Shown here piece by piece: positions 22,177 through 34,502 of a DNA stretch of 64,000 nt. Every line of letters begins with the position of its first letter. Position 1 is the first letter of the stretch. The notes under the pieces are model-generated. The model was given only the letters and a program-made list of their open reading frames with translations, did no database searches and had not been told where the DNA came from. The stretch covers positions 128,001-192,000 of the forward strand of contig CAWAWS010000006.1 in NCBI GenBank assembly GCA_963785725.1. The letters run 5' to 3'. Both the position numbers and the translations under genes were made by a program. The stretch comes from an uncultured delta proteobacterium (GTDB taxonomy: Bacteria; Myxococcota_A; Polyangia; Palsa-1104).

Positions 22177-23541
22177 ATGAGGAGCCGCGCGCCAGATCGA
22201 CAGCTGCCACGACGTCGACGGGAAGTCGTCCCGACGGTTCATGGGCGCGGCGAACCGCGGCTGGACGCCATGCTGGAGCTCGCGGAAGAGGCCTCGAAGC
22301 CGGCGCCGCTGTCGTCGGTGCTGTCGTCGCTGTGTGCGCGTATCGCGGCGGTCTTGCGCGTCGACGTGTGCAGCATCTATCTGCGCGAGATCGACGGCGC
22401 TTCGGGGCCGCGGCGAACTCACGGCGACCTCGTCCTGCGCGCCAACTGGGGTTACTCGCCGGCCGCCGTCGGTCAAGTGCGCATGGGTGTCGGCGAAGGC
22501 TTGACCGGCTTTGCCGTCGAGTGTTTGCGGCCGGTGTCGGTCGCGCGCGCCTCGACCGACGCCCGCAACAAGTCGTTCGATTTCATGGACGAGGAGCGCT
22601 TTCCGTCGCTGTGCGCGGTGCCGCTCGTCGATGGCGGGCGCGCCGTCGGTGCGCTCGTCGTGCAGCGGCGCTTGCCGCGCGCGTTCGGGCAGCGCGAGAT
22701 CGTGCTCGTCGCGTCGACGGCGCCGCCGGTGCTGTTCGCGATCGAGCGGGCGCGGCTGCGTGAGCGCGAGCAGCTGGCCGCGGCGCAGCCGACGACGCCG
22801 GTCGCGCCGTCGCGCGTGCACGAGGTCGTCTTGCGCGGGCAGATCGCGGCCCCCGGTCACGCGCTCGGGACGATCGCCGTGCGCCGGCATCATCACGCGG
22901 CCCCGGCGCGCCAGCTGGGCACGGTGGCCGACGAGCAGGCGCGCCTGTCGGCCGCGCTCGCCGAAGCGGCCGAGGAGATGACCGCGCTCGAGCAGTGGGC
23001 GCTGACGAACGCGCCGCTCGATCGCGCGACGATGTTGTCGTTGGTCTCGCCGGCGCGCTTCGTGCTCGACGACGCGCGGCTGCGCGGTCGCATGCGCAAG
23101 CAAGTGGACGCGGGCGTCGCCGCCGAGGCGGCCGTCGAGCGCGTCATGCGCGAATACACGCGCGTGTTGTCGACGGCGGGCGAGCGCCTCTTGGCCGATC
23201 GCGCGCTGGAAGTGGAAGCCTTGTGTCTGCGCGTCCTCAACCGCCTGACCGCGCCGGCGTCGAAGCTGCCGGCGGGCGCCGTGTTGGCGGCGGCGCGACT
23301 GACGGTGTGCGACGCCATCGAGCTGCGCGCCGGTCACGCCGCGGGCGCCGTCCTCTCGGCGCCGGCCGCGTCGTCACCCGGCCTCGCCATCGCCGTCGCG
23401 CTCGGGTTGCCCGTCGTCGCCGGCCTGGGCGAGCTGTTCCGTTGGGTGTCCGACGGCGATCGCATCCTCGTCGACGGCGACGTCGGCGTCGCCACCGTCA
23501 ACCCGTCGCGCGTCGACGTCGCCGCGCATCGCCGCCGCTAG
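22177..23541 (+). CDS. GAF + PEP-utiliser N-terminal + mobile (His-swivel) domain protein; truncated PtsP/EI(Ntr)-like
   Basis: GAF (DVCSIYL..LVLRANWG..GEGLTG), helical EI-N region, ALGLPVVAG..DGDRILVDG..VNPS; no TIM-barrel domain. Confidence 0.82.
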   Translation: MRSRAPDRQLPRRRREVVPTVHGRGEPRLDAMLELAEEASKPAPLSSVLSSLCARIAAVLRVDVCSIYLREIDGASGPRRTHGDLVLRANWGYSPAAVGQVRMGVGEGLTGFAVECLRPVSVARASTDARNKSFDFMDEERFPSLCAVPLVDGGRAVGALVVQRRLPRAFGQREIVLVASTAPPVLFAIERARLREREQLAAAQPTTPVAPSRVHEVVLRGQIAAPGHALGTIAVRRHHHAAPARQLGTVADEQARLSAALAEAAEEMTALEQWALTNAPLDRATMLSLVSPARFVLDDARLRGRMRKQVDAGVAAEAAVERVMREYTRVLSTAGERLLADRALEVEALCLRVLNRLTAPASKLPAGAVLAAARLTVCDAIELRAGHAAGAVLSAPAASSPGLAIAVALGLPVVAGLGELFRWVSDGDRILVDGDVGVATVNPSRVDVAAHRRR

Positions 23542-23560
23542 TCTCCGCCCGAATCCGCGC

Positions 23561-24457
23561 TCAGCGAACGAGGAGGGTGAGCACGAGGGCGTTGCGCACG
23601 CCGCGGATTGCCACGCCGTCGTCGTCGGGGGTGCCGAGCGGCTCTTGCCACGTGACCGCCAGGCTGATCTGACCGGCGAGCCGCGGCGTGAACCACCACG
23701 TCGCGCCCACGCTGCCGCCGGCGAACGCGTAGCGGTCGGGCGAGTCGACGTACGCGTGCGCGCCGCCGCTGACGCCGACGCCCAAGCCGAGGCGGCGGCC
23801 GAGCCACCAGGTGGCGCCGAGGTGGCCTTCGGCGCCGGCTTCGGCCAGCTGCGCGAAGGCGTCGAGCTCGAGGTGGCGATGGACGACGGCGTAGACCTCG
23901 GCGAACGCGCCGCCGTAATAGCGCACCTGCGAGCGGCGCGTGCCGACGGCGAAGGACGTGCCGCCCCAGCCGGCCGACACCCGCAAATCGCCGAAGCGTA
24001 AGCCGACGGCGGCGGAGAAGTGCTCGAGCTGCTCGCTGAGCTGCGAGTCCTCGAAGCGCCAGGTGTCGTAATCCCACTCGAACGAAGCGGCGATGTAAAA
24101 GCGGCGCAGTAGATAGCCCTCGGCGTCGGCGTCGATCCAGCCTTGCGCCAGCGGCGACGACCCGCCGTAGTCGGGGAGTTGGCGATCGGCGTAGCCGCCG
24201 CCGCCGCCGACATGCAGCCGCGTCGCGTATTGCAGATAGGGTTGCAGCGACGGTGGCGAGTCGTCGTCGTGGATGCCGCGATCGAAGAGCGTGAAGCCGG
24301 CCGAGCCGAAGCCACCGAGCTCGCGGCCACCGCCCGACACGCCATCGATCCAGGTCGGGCGATAGTCGAAGCCGGTGTTGAGGTCGAGCAGGAGCTCGGT
24401 GGTGTCGCCGGTCGGCGGCAGCGCGAGCGTGATTCCGAGGAGCAGCGTCGTAAGCAC
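23561..24457 (-). CDS. Putative outer-membrane beta-barrel (porin-like)
   Basis: Signal-like N-terminus; alternating aromatic/Gly amphipathic strands. Confidence 0.7.
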   Translation of the reverse strand: MLTTLLLGITLALPPTGDTTELLLDLNTGFDYRPTWIDGVSGGGRELGGFGSAGFTLFDRGIHDDDSPPSLQPYLQYATRLHVGGGGGYADRQLPDYGGSSPLAQGWIDADAEGYLLRRFYIAASFEWDYDTWRFEDSQLSEQLEHFSAAVGLRFGDLRVSAGWGGTSFAVGTRRSQVRYYGGAFAEVYAVVHRHLELDAFAQLAEAGAEGHLGATWWLGRRLGLGVGVSGGAHAYVDSPDRYAFAGGSVGATWWFTPRLAGQISLAVTWQEPLGTPDDDGVAIRGVRNALVLTLLVR

Positions 24458-24514
24458 AGGGCAGCTTGGCGCAGTCGGTGGTCGGGAGCGGTGAGCGCCG
24501 TCACCGCCGCGGCG

Positions 24515-24946
24515 TTACAAGCCGGAGTCGTCGGTCGGGAGCAGGTCCGAGCTGCCCAGATCGACGCCGCCGACGATCGACATGTCGTCGGGCGCGGGCA
24601 GCTGATCGAGGACGACTTTGACGGTCGAACGCTCGCCTTTACTGGCGCTGCCCGTGCCGACGCCGCTGGCGAGGACGCGATAGTCGACGTCGAACGCGGT
24701 GACGGTGACGGTGATGGCGGCGTCGAAGCGCTTGGCGACGAGCATGCCGAACGACGTCGGCAACGTGATCGGCGGCGAGCCAATCTGAATCGTCGTGTCA
24801 CCGTAAGGCGAGGTCAGCTCGACGCCGAGGTGATCGATGGGCGCGGTCAAGCTGAGCGTCGTGGACACGTCGACGACGACGAGGCCGTCGGCCTTGTGGC
24901 AGCCGACGGCCGACAACGCCAGCGCCGCCAGCAGCCAGGCTTTCAC
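24515..24946 (-). CDS. Lipoprotein, myxobacterial type
   Basis: GTG start overlaps the upstream stop; lipobox SAVGC; beta-rich domain, LPTSFG. Confidence 0.75.
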   Translation of the reverse strand: MKAWLLAALALSAVGCHKADGLVVVDVSTTLSLTAPIDHLGVELTSPYGDTTIQIGSPPITLPTSFGMLVAKRFDAAITVTVTAFDVDYRVLASGVGTGSASKGERSTVKVVLDQLPAPDDMSIVGGVDLGSSDLLPTDDSGL

Positions 24947-25488
24947 TGGAACCTCGTCGTGCCGAGCGCCGTCGACGCCGTCGGTGTGGCGTTGTAGCGG
25001 GCGACGCCGACGCCGATGCCGACCGCGAGCCCGAGGACGACCACGCCGCCGACGGCCGTCCACGCCCACCACTTTTTGTAGATCGGCGTCGGCTCGGGCA
25101 CGTCGGGAGTCGCCGTCAGCGTCGGCGCGACGGCGACCGGCGCCACCGGCTTCGTCTGCGCCGCCAACGCCGCGTCGTCCATTTGCGCGGCCAGCTTGTC
25201 GGCCTCGTCGCGATTGGGCGCATCGGGTGGCGCTTGCGCGAGGTAGTCGCGATAGCTCTTGGCCGCCGTCTCGAAGCTGCCCAGCTGGCGCTCGCACTCG
25301 GCGATGCTGAACAGCAGCGCCGGCTGCGGGCTCTCGCGATAGGCGCGCTGAAACATGACCAACGCCTGCGTGAACTGCTTCTGGCTGTAGGCGTTGGCGC
25401 CGCGGTCGGAGAAGGTCTTGGCCGCGGCGTCATCGGCCGCGGCGACGCGAGCGACGGCGAGGACGAGGAAGAGGACGAAGGTCTTCAC
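24943..25488 (-). CDS. Exported TPR protein with C-terminal TM anchor
   Basis: Signal peptide, TPRs (ALVMFQRAY..PALLFSIAECERQLG), IYKKWWAWTAVG TM segment. Confidence 0.85.
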   Translation of the reverse strand: MKTFVLFLVLAVARVAAADDAAAKTFSDRGANAYSQKQFTQALVMFQRAYRESPQPALLFSIAECERQLGSFETAAKSYRDYLAQAPPDAPNRDEADKLAAQMDDAALAAQTKPVAPVAVAPTLTATPDVPEPTPIYKKWWAWTAVGGVVVLGLAVGIGVGVARYNATPTASTALGTTRFQ

Positions 25489-25671
25489 GTTCCGGACAGG
25501 AGCTTTTCGCGCGGCGAATTGCAAGCGCGACGTGCATGCGCGGCTGCGAAAAGCGCAGCGCCGGCATCGGCGGTCCGACCTGCGAGCCGCCGGCGCGGGT
25601 TTCGTCGTCTAACGGAAACGTCGTTGGCGCCTTCCGGCTGGTAGTCCGGCGGACATCGCCGTTCGACGCGG

Positions 25672-28248
<2,577 letters not shown>

Positions 28249-28483
28249 AGCGTATCTGCGACCCGAAGCGAATCCCGATCGCCGACGAGAGAGGGCTCGT
28301 TCGAGCTCCCAGCGGCGATCGAGCCGCCCGCCCGCGCATCGGCGCCGCGATCGCGACCGCGCGCCGACGGAGCCTCGCAGGGCGAATCACCGGTCGACTG
28401 CTCGCGCTCGCCAAGACGCGACTGTGCGGCAGATGCGCGTGGCCGATCGGTCACTATGTTGCTGGTGTTCGAAGGAGGTTGCA

Positions 28484-28777
28484 ATGTCTGACACATTGAA
28501 GGACGTGAGCGTGGTGGTCCCGTCTGACTTCACGTGTGGCGAATTCGAGGTCTCGGGCGCCGTCATCCTGGAGTGCCAGGACCTGCTCGCCAGCGGCTGT
28601 CCCGGCATTCCGCCGTACGAGGAGGAGGCGGTGCTGTATTTCGCCTCCCTGGCCGACCACGCCGAGCTCCTGGCGATGCGTTCGGCCTGGCTGCGACGCC
28701 ACGCGGACGCTGACGACGACGAAGAAGATTCATCCTCGATGAGCGAATTCGAAGACGAACCGGCTGCAGTGCACTGA
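28484..28777 (+). CDS. Small acidic hypothetical protein (97 aa)
   Basis: AAGGAGG SD before the ATG at 28484; TATGTT -10-like box upstream. Confidence 0.7.
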   Translation: MSDTLKDVSVVVPSDFTCGEFEVSGAVILECQDLLASGCPGIPPYEEEAVLYFASLADHAELLAMRSAWLRRHADADDDEEDSSSMSEFEDEPAAVH

Positions 28778-28967
28778 GCCGTCCGCACGACCCACGGGCA
28801 GTGTCTCGATCGCGGGTTGGCCGAGGGCTACCCGGTGTAGTGCCGGCGCAGCGCACCTATCGGGCCGCGAGCTCGATGGCACCGACGCCGAGCTACACCG
28901 GTGCTACGAGAAGCGCGCACCGACAACGCAAGGGCCTGAAAGCGCTACAGAAGACGCTCTCTCAAAG

Positions 28968-30869
28968 CTACATGCCGTATTTGGCGAGCTTCTTGTGTAG
29001 CCCTTCGCGCGTGATGCCGAGCGTCTCCGCGGTCTTCGTCTTGTTGCCGCCGTGCTCGCGCAGCGCCTCGACGAGCAGCCAGCGCTCGACCTCTTCCATC
29101 ATGTCTTTGAGCGTGCCCTTCTTCGGCGCCACGCGTCCCAACAGGCCTTCGACTTTGCGCACCGACGGCGCCAGCAGCTCGGGCGTGATGAAGCCCTCGT
29201 TGTCGCACTGGATGACGAGCCGCTGCACTTCGTTCTCGAGCTCGCGAATATTGCCGGGCCACGAATAAGCGCTCAGTTGATCCATCGCCTCGGGCGTAAT
29301 CCCGGCGACCGGCTTATTCATCTCCGCCGTATATTTGCGCAAGAAATGATCCGCCAATAACGGAATATCCTCGCGACGCTCGCGCAACGGCGGCAAGCGC
29401 AACGGAAATACCCTCAGTCGATAAAAGAGATCGTGACGGAACGCGCCCTTTTCGACCTCTTTCTCCAACGAGCGATTCGTCGCGCAGATGATTCGCACAT
29501 CGACCGATTTATTGGCCGTGGCACCGACGGGGCGAATCTCGCCCTCTTGCAAGACGCGCAAGAGCTTCGCTTGCAGGTTGAGCGTCATTTCGCCGATTTC
29601 ATCGAGGAACAACGTCCCGCTATCGGCGATCTCGAACAGACCTTTCTTGTCGTGGTCGGCGCCGGTGAAGGCGCCTTTCTTATGTCCGAACAGCTCCGAT
29701 TCGAGCAGGTTTTCCGGCATCGCCGCGCAGTTTTGCGCCACGAATAATTTATCGCGCCGTTTACCTTGATAATGAATCGCCGAGGCAATGACCTCTTTGC
29801 CGGTGCCGGTTTCGCCTTCGATACACACCGTCGCGCGCGTATCGATGACCTTCTCCAGCTGCCGGAAGATCTCTTTCATCGCCGACGAATCGCCGATGAT
29901 GTCGGAGAAGCGCCGCTTTTCTTCGCGGCCCTTCAAATACTTCACTTCGCCGCGCAGCTTCTCTTCGGCGAGCTTCAAGCGCTGCATGAGCCGCGCGTTC
30001 TCGATCGCGAGCGTCGCCAAGCCCGCGACCGCCGTCACCATGTCGAGATCCTGCTCGAACAAGATGCCGGAGCCGCGATTGTCGCACTGCAAGACGCCGC
30101 GAATGGTGTCGCCGTCCCACAAAGGCGCGCCGATCGACGACACGATGTCGGCGCGCATGACCGATTCGGTGCCGATCTCCGCTTTGGCGTTGGTGACGAG
30201 GACGGCGGCTTTGTCGCGCGTCACCCGGCGAACGACGGCGCGCGAGATCGGAAAGCGCTCGTTGGGCGCGTTGCGGGCGCGCGCGAACACGGTGTTCAGG
30301 CGGCCGTCCGGATCGTCGGCGAGGTCGATGGCGACGTGGGTGATCTTGGGCGCCAGCTCGAAGATCGCCTCGCCCACGCCTTCGAAGACGGCCGTCAAAT
30401 CGAGCCCGCGCCGGCCCAGCTTCTTGGCGACGTTGTAGAGCGCCGCGGCGCGCGCCGGATCGCGCTCGATCTTGCCCTGCACGTCGGGCAGCTCGCTCAA
30501 GTCGCGCTTGGCGATGATCTCCTGCTTCACGCGGCCGTCATCTTCGATGCGGACGCGACACTTGATCATCACCGGCTGCGTCGGATCGCCGAGCAGCAGC
30601 TGATCGCCGTCGCTCAAGATCGTCTCCATGTTGCCGCTGTCGAGCGTGATCGTCGCGTCGCCGCGCTGCACGCGCGAGCCGTTCGTCGACTTCAGATCGC
30701 GGAAAATATAGCGATCGTCCTCGCGGAAGATCTGCCCGTGCTCGCCGGACAAATGATAATCGCCGAGCACCACCTGGTTGGTGGGCCCGCGGCCGATGGT
30801 GAGCACCGGCAGGTCGAGCTCGAACGTGGCGCCGGCGTTCTCCCCGGCCAGGACTTCGAGAGTAATCAT
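28968..30869 (-). CDS. FHA-GAF sigma54-dependent enhancer-binding protein
   Basis: FHA (TIGRG..LSGEH..STNGS), GAF, GETGTGKE, GAFTGA, WPGNIREL, HTH. Confidence 0.93.
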   Translation of the reverse strand: MITLEVLAGENAGATFELDLPVLTIGRGPTNQVVLGDYHLSGEHGQIFREDDRYIFRDLKSTNGSRVQRGDATITLDSGNMETILSDGDQLLLGDPTQPVMIKCRVRIEDDGRVKQEIIAKRDLSELPDVQGKIERDPARAAALYNVAKKLGRRGLDLTAVFEGVGEAIFELAPKITHVAIDLADDPDGRLNTVFARARNAPNERFPISRAVVRRVTRDKAAVLVTNAKAEIGTESVMRADIVSSIGAPLWDGDTIRGVLQCDNRGSGILFEQDLDMVTAVAGLATLAIENARLMQRLKLAEEKLRGEVKYLKGREEKRRFSDIIGDSSAMKEIFRQLEKVIDTRATVCIEGETGTGKEVIASAIHYQGKRRDKLFVAQNCAAMPENLLESELFGHKKGAFTGADHDKKGLFEIADSGTLFLDEIGEMTLNLQAKLLRVLQEGEIRPVGATANKSVDVRIICATNRSLEKEVEKGAFRHDLFYRLRVFPLRLPPLRERREDIPLLADHFLRKYTAEMNKPVAGITPEAMDQLSAYSWPGNIRELENEVQRLVIQCDNEGFITPELLAPSVRKVEGLLGRVAPKKGTLKDMMEEVERWLLVEALREHGGNKTKTAETLGITREGLHKKLAKYGM

Positions 30870-30943
30870 GCGATGCGAGTTAGACGCGAAAGTATAGCCG
30901 CTTCGCCAGTGACGCCGACAAAAAAGTGTATACTCCGCCCCGC

Positions 30944-33298
30944 GTGGCGCATTTGGAATCGTTGGTGATTCTCGACGCTGCCGGACGCAGCGGCGCGGCC
31001 TTGGCCTTCGGATTCGAGCGTGCGGGATACCATGTCTACGCGACGCGCGAGCCCGATGATGCATTGGCGATGGCGCAGACGCGCGTGCCGCAGCTGGTGG
31101 TCGTTGCCGTCGACGGTGGCGAGTCGCTGTCGTTCGTCGGTCGCGTGCGTGAAGAGGCGCCGACACGCGAGCTGCCGGTCGTGGGCGTGGGCGAGCGCGA
31201 CCGGCGCGAAGAGGCCTTGCGCGCCGGCGTCGACGATTTCGTCACCCGACCCGCGTTCATCCGCGATGTGCTGACGTTGTCGCGGCTGGCGGTCGCCGTG
31301 CGCCAAGACGGCGATGACGGCGGCGTCGTCGGTCTGCTCGAAGACTACGGCCTCTACTTTTTGGTGCGCGCGCTCGCCGTCGCCGGCCGTTCGGGCGTGC
31401 TCGAGCTCGAGCGCGGGCGGCGCAGCGGCGAGGTGCGCTTCGCCCACGGCGCGGTCGTCGGCGCGCGCGTCGGCAAGATGAGCGGCGTGCAGGCCTTCAA
31501 CCATCTGCTGTTGTGGGGCGAGGCGTCGATGTCGCTGCGCTTCGAGTCGCCGGCAATGGAGCGGCGCATCGCCGTGCCCGTCGACGACCTGTTGGCGGCG
31601 GGCGCCGGCTTCGCGCGCGAGTTCGAGTCGCTGGCCGACCGCGTCGGCGGCGCGCAGGCGCTCTACGCGCACGAGCCGCGCCGCGCCGCCGAGCAGCGCG
31701 CGCAAATTCCCGCCGAAGTCATGGCGCTGCTCAAGCATTACGACGGGCAAAAGCCGCTCATCGACGTCGTCGAGGACTCGCCGTTCAAGGCGTTCGACAC
31801 GATCAAGATCACCTTTCGTTTGGCCGAGCTGGGCGCGATCTCGCGGCGTGAGCAGCGTGACTCGACGCCGCTGTCGGCGCAGCTGGCGGTGCGCGATTGG
31901 CTGCTCGGCGGCGCGACCGCCACCGACGATCGCGAGCGGACGGCCGCGACGGCGCGCGGCGTGACCGAAGCGGGGCGGCTGGCGGCCGAAGTCTACGCCG
32001 AGGAGGCCGCGGCGCACGCCGACGAGCCGTCGCCGGCCGATGGGCTGCTCGACGATCGCGTCGTGGTGCGACCGCTCGAGCAGGCGACACCGGCGAAAGC
32101 GCCGACGACCCAGCCCGAGCGGCCGACGGCGAAGTTGGCGCCGGTGACGACTGCGCCGGTGAAGCGGTCGCCGAGCGCGCTGCTCGACGACGCGCTGTCG
32201 GCGCGCGATGCGGCGCGCCGGAACGCGCCGGCGACGAACGGCGGAGCGAGCGCGCCGGCGCCGTCCGCGCAAGCGACGAAGCCGACGCCGGCCGCGTCGA
32301 CGTCGGCACAAGACGCCGCGCCTGCAATCGCAAAACCGATGGCAACGCCCGCGGCTGCGAGCCCGACGGCGAAAGCGGCCGCGCCCGCAGCAGCTGCGCC
32401 GGCGGCGACGAGCCCGACGGCGAAAACGGCCGCGCCCGCAGCAGCTGCGCCGGCTGCGACGAGCCCGACGGCGAAAGCGGCCACGCCTGTAGCAGCTGCG
32501 CCCGTCGCAAGCACGTCGGCGACGGGGAAAACAGCGGCGCCAGCCGCAAGCCCTTCGCCGGCCGCGAAACCGGCCGCGCCCGTCGCAACTACGCCAGCTG
32601 CGACGACAAAGCCTGTCGAGCCCGCAAAGCCGGCTGCCGCGCCCGCGCCGACGAATCATGTCGCCGCGCCTGCGAAATCCGCTGCGCCAGCCACACCCGA
32701 GCCCACGAAGCACGCCGCGCCCGAACCGGCGAAGCCGGCTGCGCCCGTCGCCGCGCCCGCGAAACCGGCCGCGACGACCGCGCCTGCACCGACGAAACCG
32801 GCGGCGACGCCCGTCGCGGCCGCGCCGCCGGCGAGACCGGTCGCGCCTGCCGCCGTGCCGACGAAGCCTGCCGCCGCGCCCGTCGCTGCCGCGCCGAAGC
32901 CCGTCGCGCCCGCGTCACCGCCCGCCGAGGTCCTAGCGCGCGCGCTCGCCGAATCCGCGCGCAAACCGCAAGTCGACGCGAAGGCCAAGAAGAACAAACG
33001 CAACAAGCACAAGACGCCGACGACGACTCCGACGGCCGCCGCGCCTTATCACGCGCCGCCGCCGTCCGCCGGCAAACCGGCCGCCGTGTCAGGCAAGCTG
33101 TCGCAGCAGTCGACCGCGCAAGCGCACACCAAAGAGCCGGTGTTCGACGAGCTGGAAGAGGACTTCTTCGCGCGCGAAGCCGAGCATCTCCAGCATCCAC
33201 CGACGGTCGAAGACTTCTCCGACCTCGAGCACGACGCGCGCCGCAAGCTGTCGCCCAAGCGCAACTGGTTCGGCCTCCGCGACGATAAGAAGAAGTAG
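30944..33298 (+). CDS. Atypical receiver + DUF4388/PatA-N-like protein with long Ala/Pro/Thr/Lys disordered region
   Basis: REC fold lacking the phospho-Asp (QLVVVAV); G.LED..L..LVRAL..GRSGVLEL..GEVRF..G.VV.A; low-complexity tail. Confidence 0.82.
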   Translation: MAHLESLVILDAAGRSGAALAFGFERAGYHVYATREPDDALAMAQTRVPQLVVVAVDGGESLSFVGRVREEAPTRELPVVGVGERDRREEALRAGVDDFVTRPAFIRDVLTLSRLAVAVRQDGDDGGVVGLLEDYGLYFLVRALAVAGRSGVLELERGRRSGEVRFAHGAVVGARVGKMSGVQAFNHLLLWGEASMSLRFESPAMERRIAVPVDDLLAAGAGFAREFESLADRVGGAQALYAHEPRRAAEQRAQIPAEVMALLKHYDGQKPLIDVVEDSPFKAFDTIKITFRLAELGAISRREQRDSTPLSAQLAVRDWLLGGATATDDRERTAATARGVTEAGRLAAEVYAEEAAAHADEPSPADGLLDDRVVVRPLEQATPAKAPTTQPERPTAKLAPVTTAPVKRSPSALLDDALSARDAARRNAPATNGGASAPAPSAQATKPTPAASTSAQDAAPAIAKPMATPAAASPTAKAAAPAAAAPAATSPTAKTAAPAAAAPAATSPTAKAATPVAAAPVASTSATGKTAAPAASPSPAAKPAAPVATTPAATTKPVEPAKPAAAPAPTNHVAAPAKSAAPATPEPTKHAAPEPAKPAAPVAAPAKPAATTAPAPTKPAATPVAAAPPARPVAPAAVPTKPAAAPVAAAPKPVAPASPPAEVLARALAESARKPQVDAKAKKNKRNKHKTPTTTPTAAAPYHAPPPSAGKPAAVSGKLSQQSTAQAHTKEPVFDELEEDFFAREAEHLQHPPTVEDFSDLEHDARRKLSPKRNWFGLRDDKKK
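32359..32503 (+). repeat. 51-bp tandem repeat, ~3 copies (17-aa unit [17 protein letters not shown])
   Basis: GAGCCCGACGGCGAAA.CGGCC.CGCC recurs at 32359, 32410 and 32461. Confidence 0.85.
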
Positions 33299-33309
33299 CG
33301 CCGCGGAGC

Positions 33310-33954
33310 TTAGGGCGTTGAAGGCAGCAGCTGCCAGACGAGATCGATCGCGCCTTGCGGACCGGCCAGCCGCAGCGTCAGCGACTTCGTGTCACTGCCG
33401 ACCAACGGCGTTCCGTCGGCGCGGGCGCGCGGAAAACGAATGCGCCAGCCGCGCGAGAAGATGTCGGCGTAGGGATAAAACTCGGTCTCCAAGCGGCGCC
33501 GCTCGCGCACCGTCGAGATCTCGGTCGGCGTCACTTCGTGCGCCTGATCGTCGACGAGCGTCACGCGCCACACCGACTTGGTCCCCGTCAGATCGTTGAG
33601 CACGTAGTCGTGCGTCGCGCTCTCGACGTGGAATTCGTAGGTGTCGGCGCCATCGGACAGCAGATCGCCGCGCACCTTCGGCTGACTCTCGGGCGTGACC
33701 TTGTACATCGCGATGTATTTCGCCGCATAGGCCGCGCGAAACTCGGGCGAGCGCAGGGTGGCGTCGAGCTGGAGCGCCTGATCGAAGTCGTTCATCAGCT
33801 GCCCGTGCCGCGTCCAACGCTTCAGCTGCTTCTCGTAGTCTTTGCTGTCGGGCTGCACTTTCGGCTCGCCCAACGACACGCGCGGCGGTCCTGCGCAGCC
33901 GGCGAGCATCGTTCCGCTCGTCGCCACGAGGAGCGCCAGCGCCCACTGCTTCAT
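33310..33954 (-). CDS. Hypothetical lipoprotein
   Basis: ATG overlaps the pyrE stop; lipobox MLAGC. Confidence 0.8.
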   Translation of the reverse strand: MKQWALALLVATSGTMLAGCAGPPRVSLGEPKVQPDSKDYEKQLKRWTRHGQLMNDFDQALQLDATLRSPEFRAAYAAKYIAMYKVTPESQPKVRGDLLSDGADTYEFHVESATHDYVLNDLTGTKSVWRVTLVDDQAHEVTPTEISTVRERRRLETEFYPYADIFSRGWRIRFPRARADGTPLVGSDTKSLTLRLAGPQGAIDLVWQLLPSTP

Positions 33955-34502
33955 CGAAAGTCGCTCTTCTTGTACAGCGCCGTGAGCGGCACTTCTTTCT
34001 CGACGGCTTCCTTGCCGCCCTCTTCGCGATCGACGAGCGTGAACACGCGCTTGACGTCGAGCCCGTGAATACGCGCGCGCTCGATCGCCTTCAACGTCGA
34101 GCCGCCGGTCGTGCACACGTCCTCGACGATCGCCACGGGCGTGCCCGGCTTCACCGTCTTGTCACCTTCGAGCCACTTCTGCGTGCCGTGCCCTTTGGGC
34201 TCTTTGCGCACGTAAAACGCCTCGATGGGCCGATTGCGCGTCCACGACACCGTCGCCACCGCCGACGCGATCGGGTCGGCGCCCATCGTCAACCCACCGA
34301 CGGCGCGCACGCCCGGCTCCAAGTTCTCGAGCAGCTCGTTGATGATCGTGCCGACGAGGAAGTGGCCCTCCGCCGTCAGCACGGCCTGCTTGCAGTCGAT
34401 GTAAAAGTTCGACGGCTTGCCCGACGCGAGAATGACCTCGCGCTCTTCGTAGGCCAGCGTCTTCAAGATTTCCAGCAGTCGATTGCGCGGGTTCTGGCTC
34501 AT
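33951..34502 (-). CDS. pyrE: Orotate phosphoribosyltransferase
   Basis: LASGKPSNFYIDCK, RKEPKGHG, PRPP motif IVEDVCTTGGS. Confidence 0.95.
   Translation of the reverse strand: MSQNPRNRLLEILKTLAYEEREVILASGKPSNFYIDCKQAVLTAEGHFLVGTIINELLENLEPGVRAVGGLTMGADPIASAVATVSWTRNRPIEAFYVRKEPKGHGTQKWLEGDKTVKPGTPVAIVEDVCTTGGSTLKAIERARIHGLDVKRVFTLVDREEGGKEAVEKEVPLTALYKKSDFR

Noticed and set aside
32359..32503. CRISPR-like repeats
   Set aside because: The 51-bp units are contiguous, in frame and coding, with no unique spacers and no cas genes nearby
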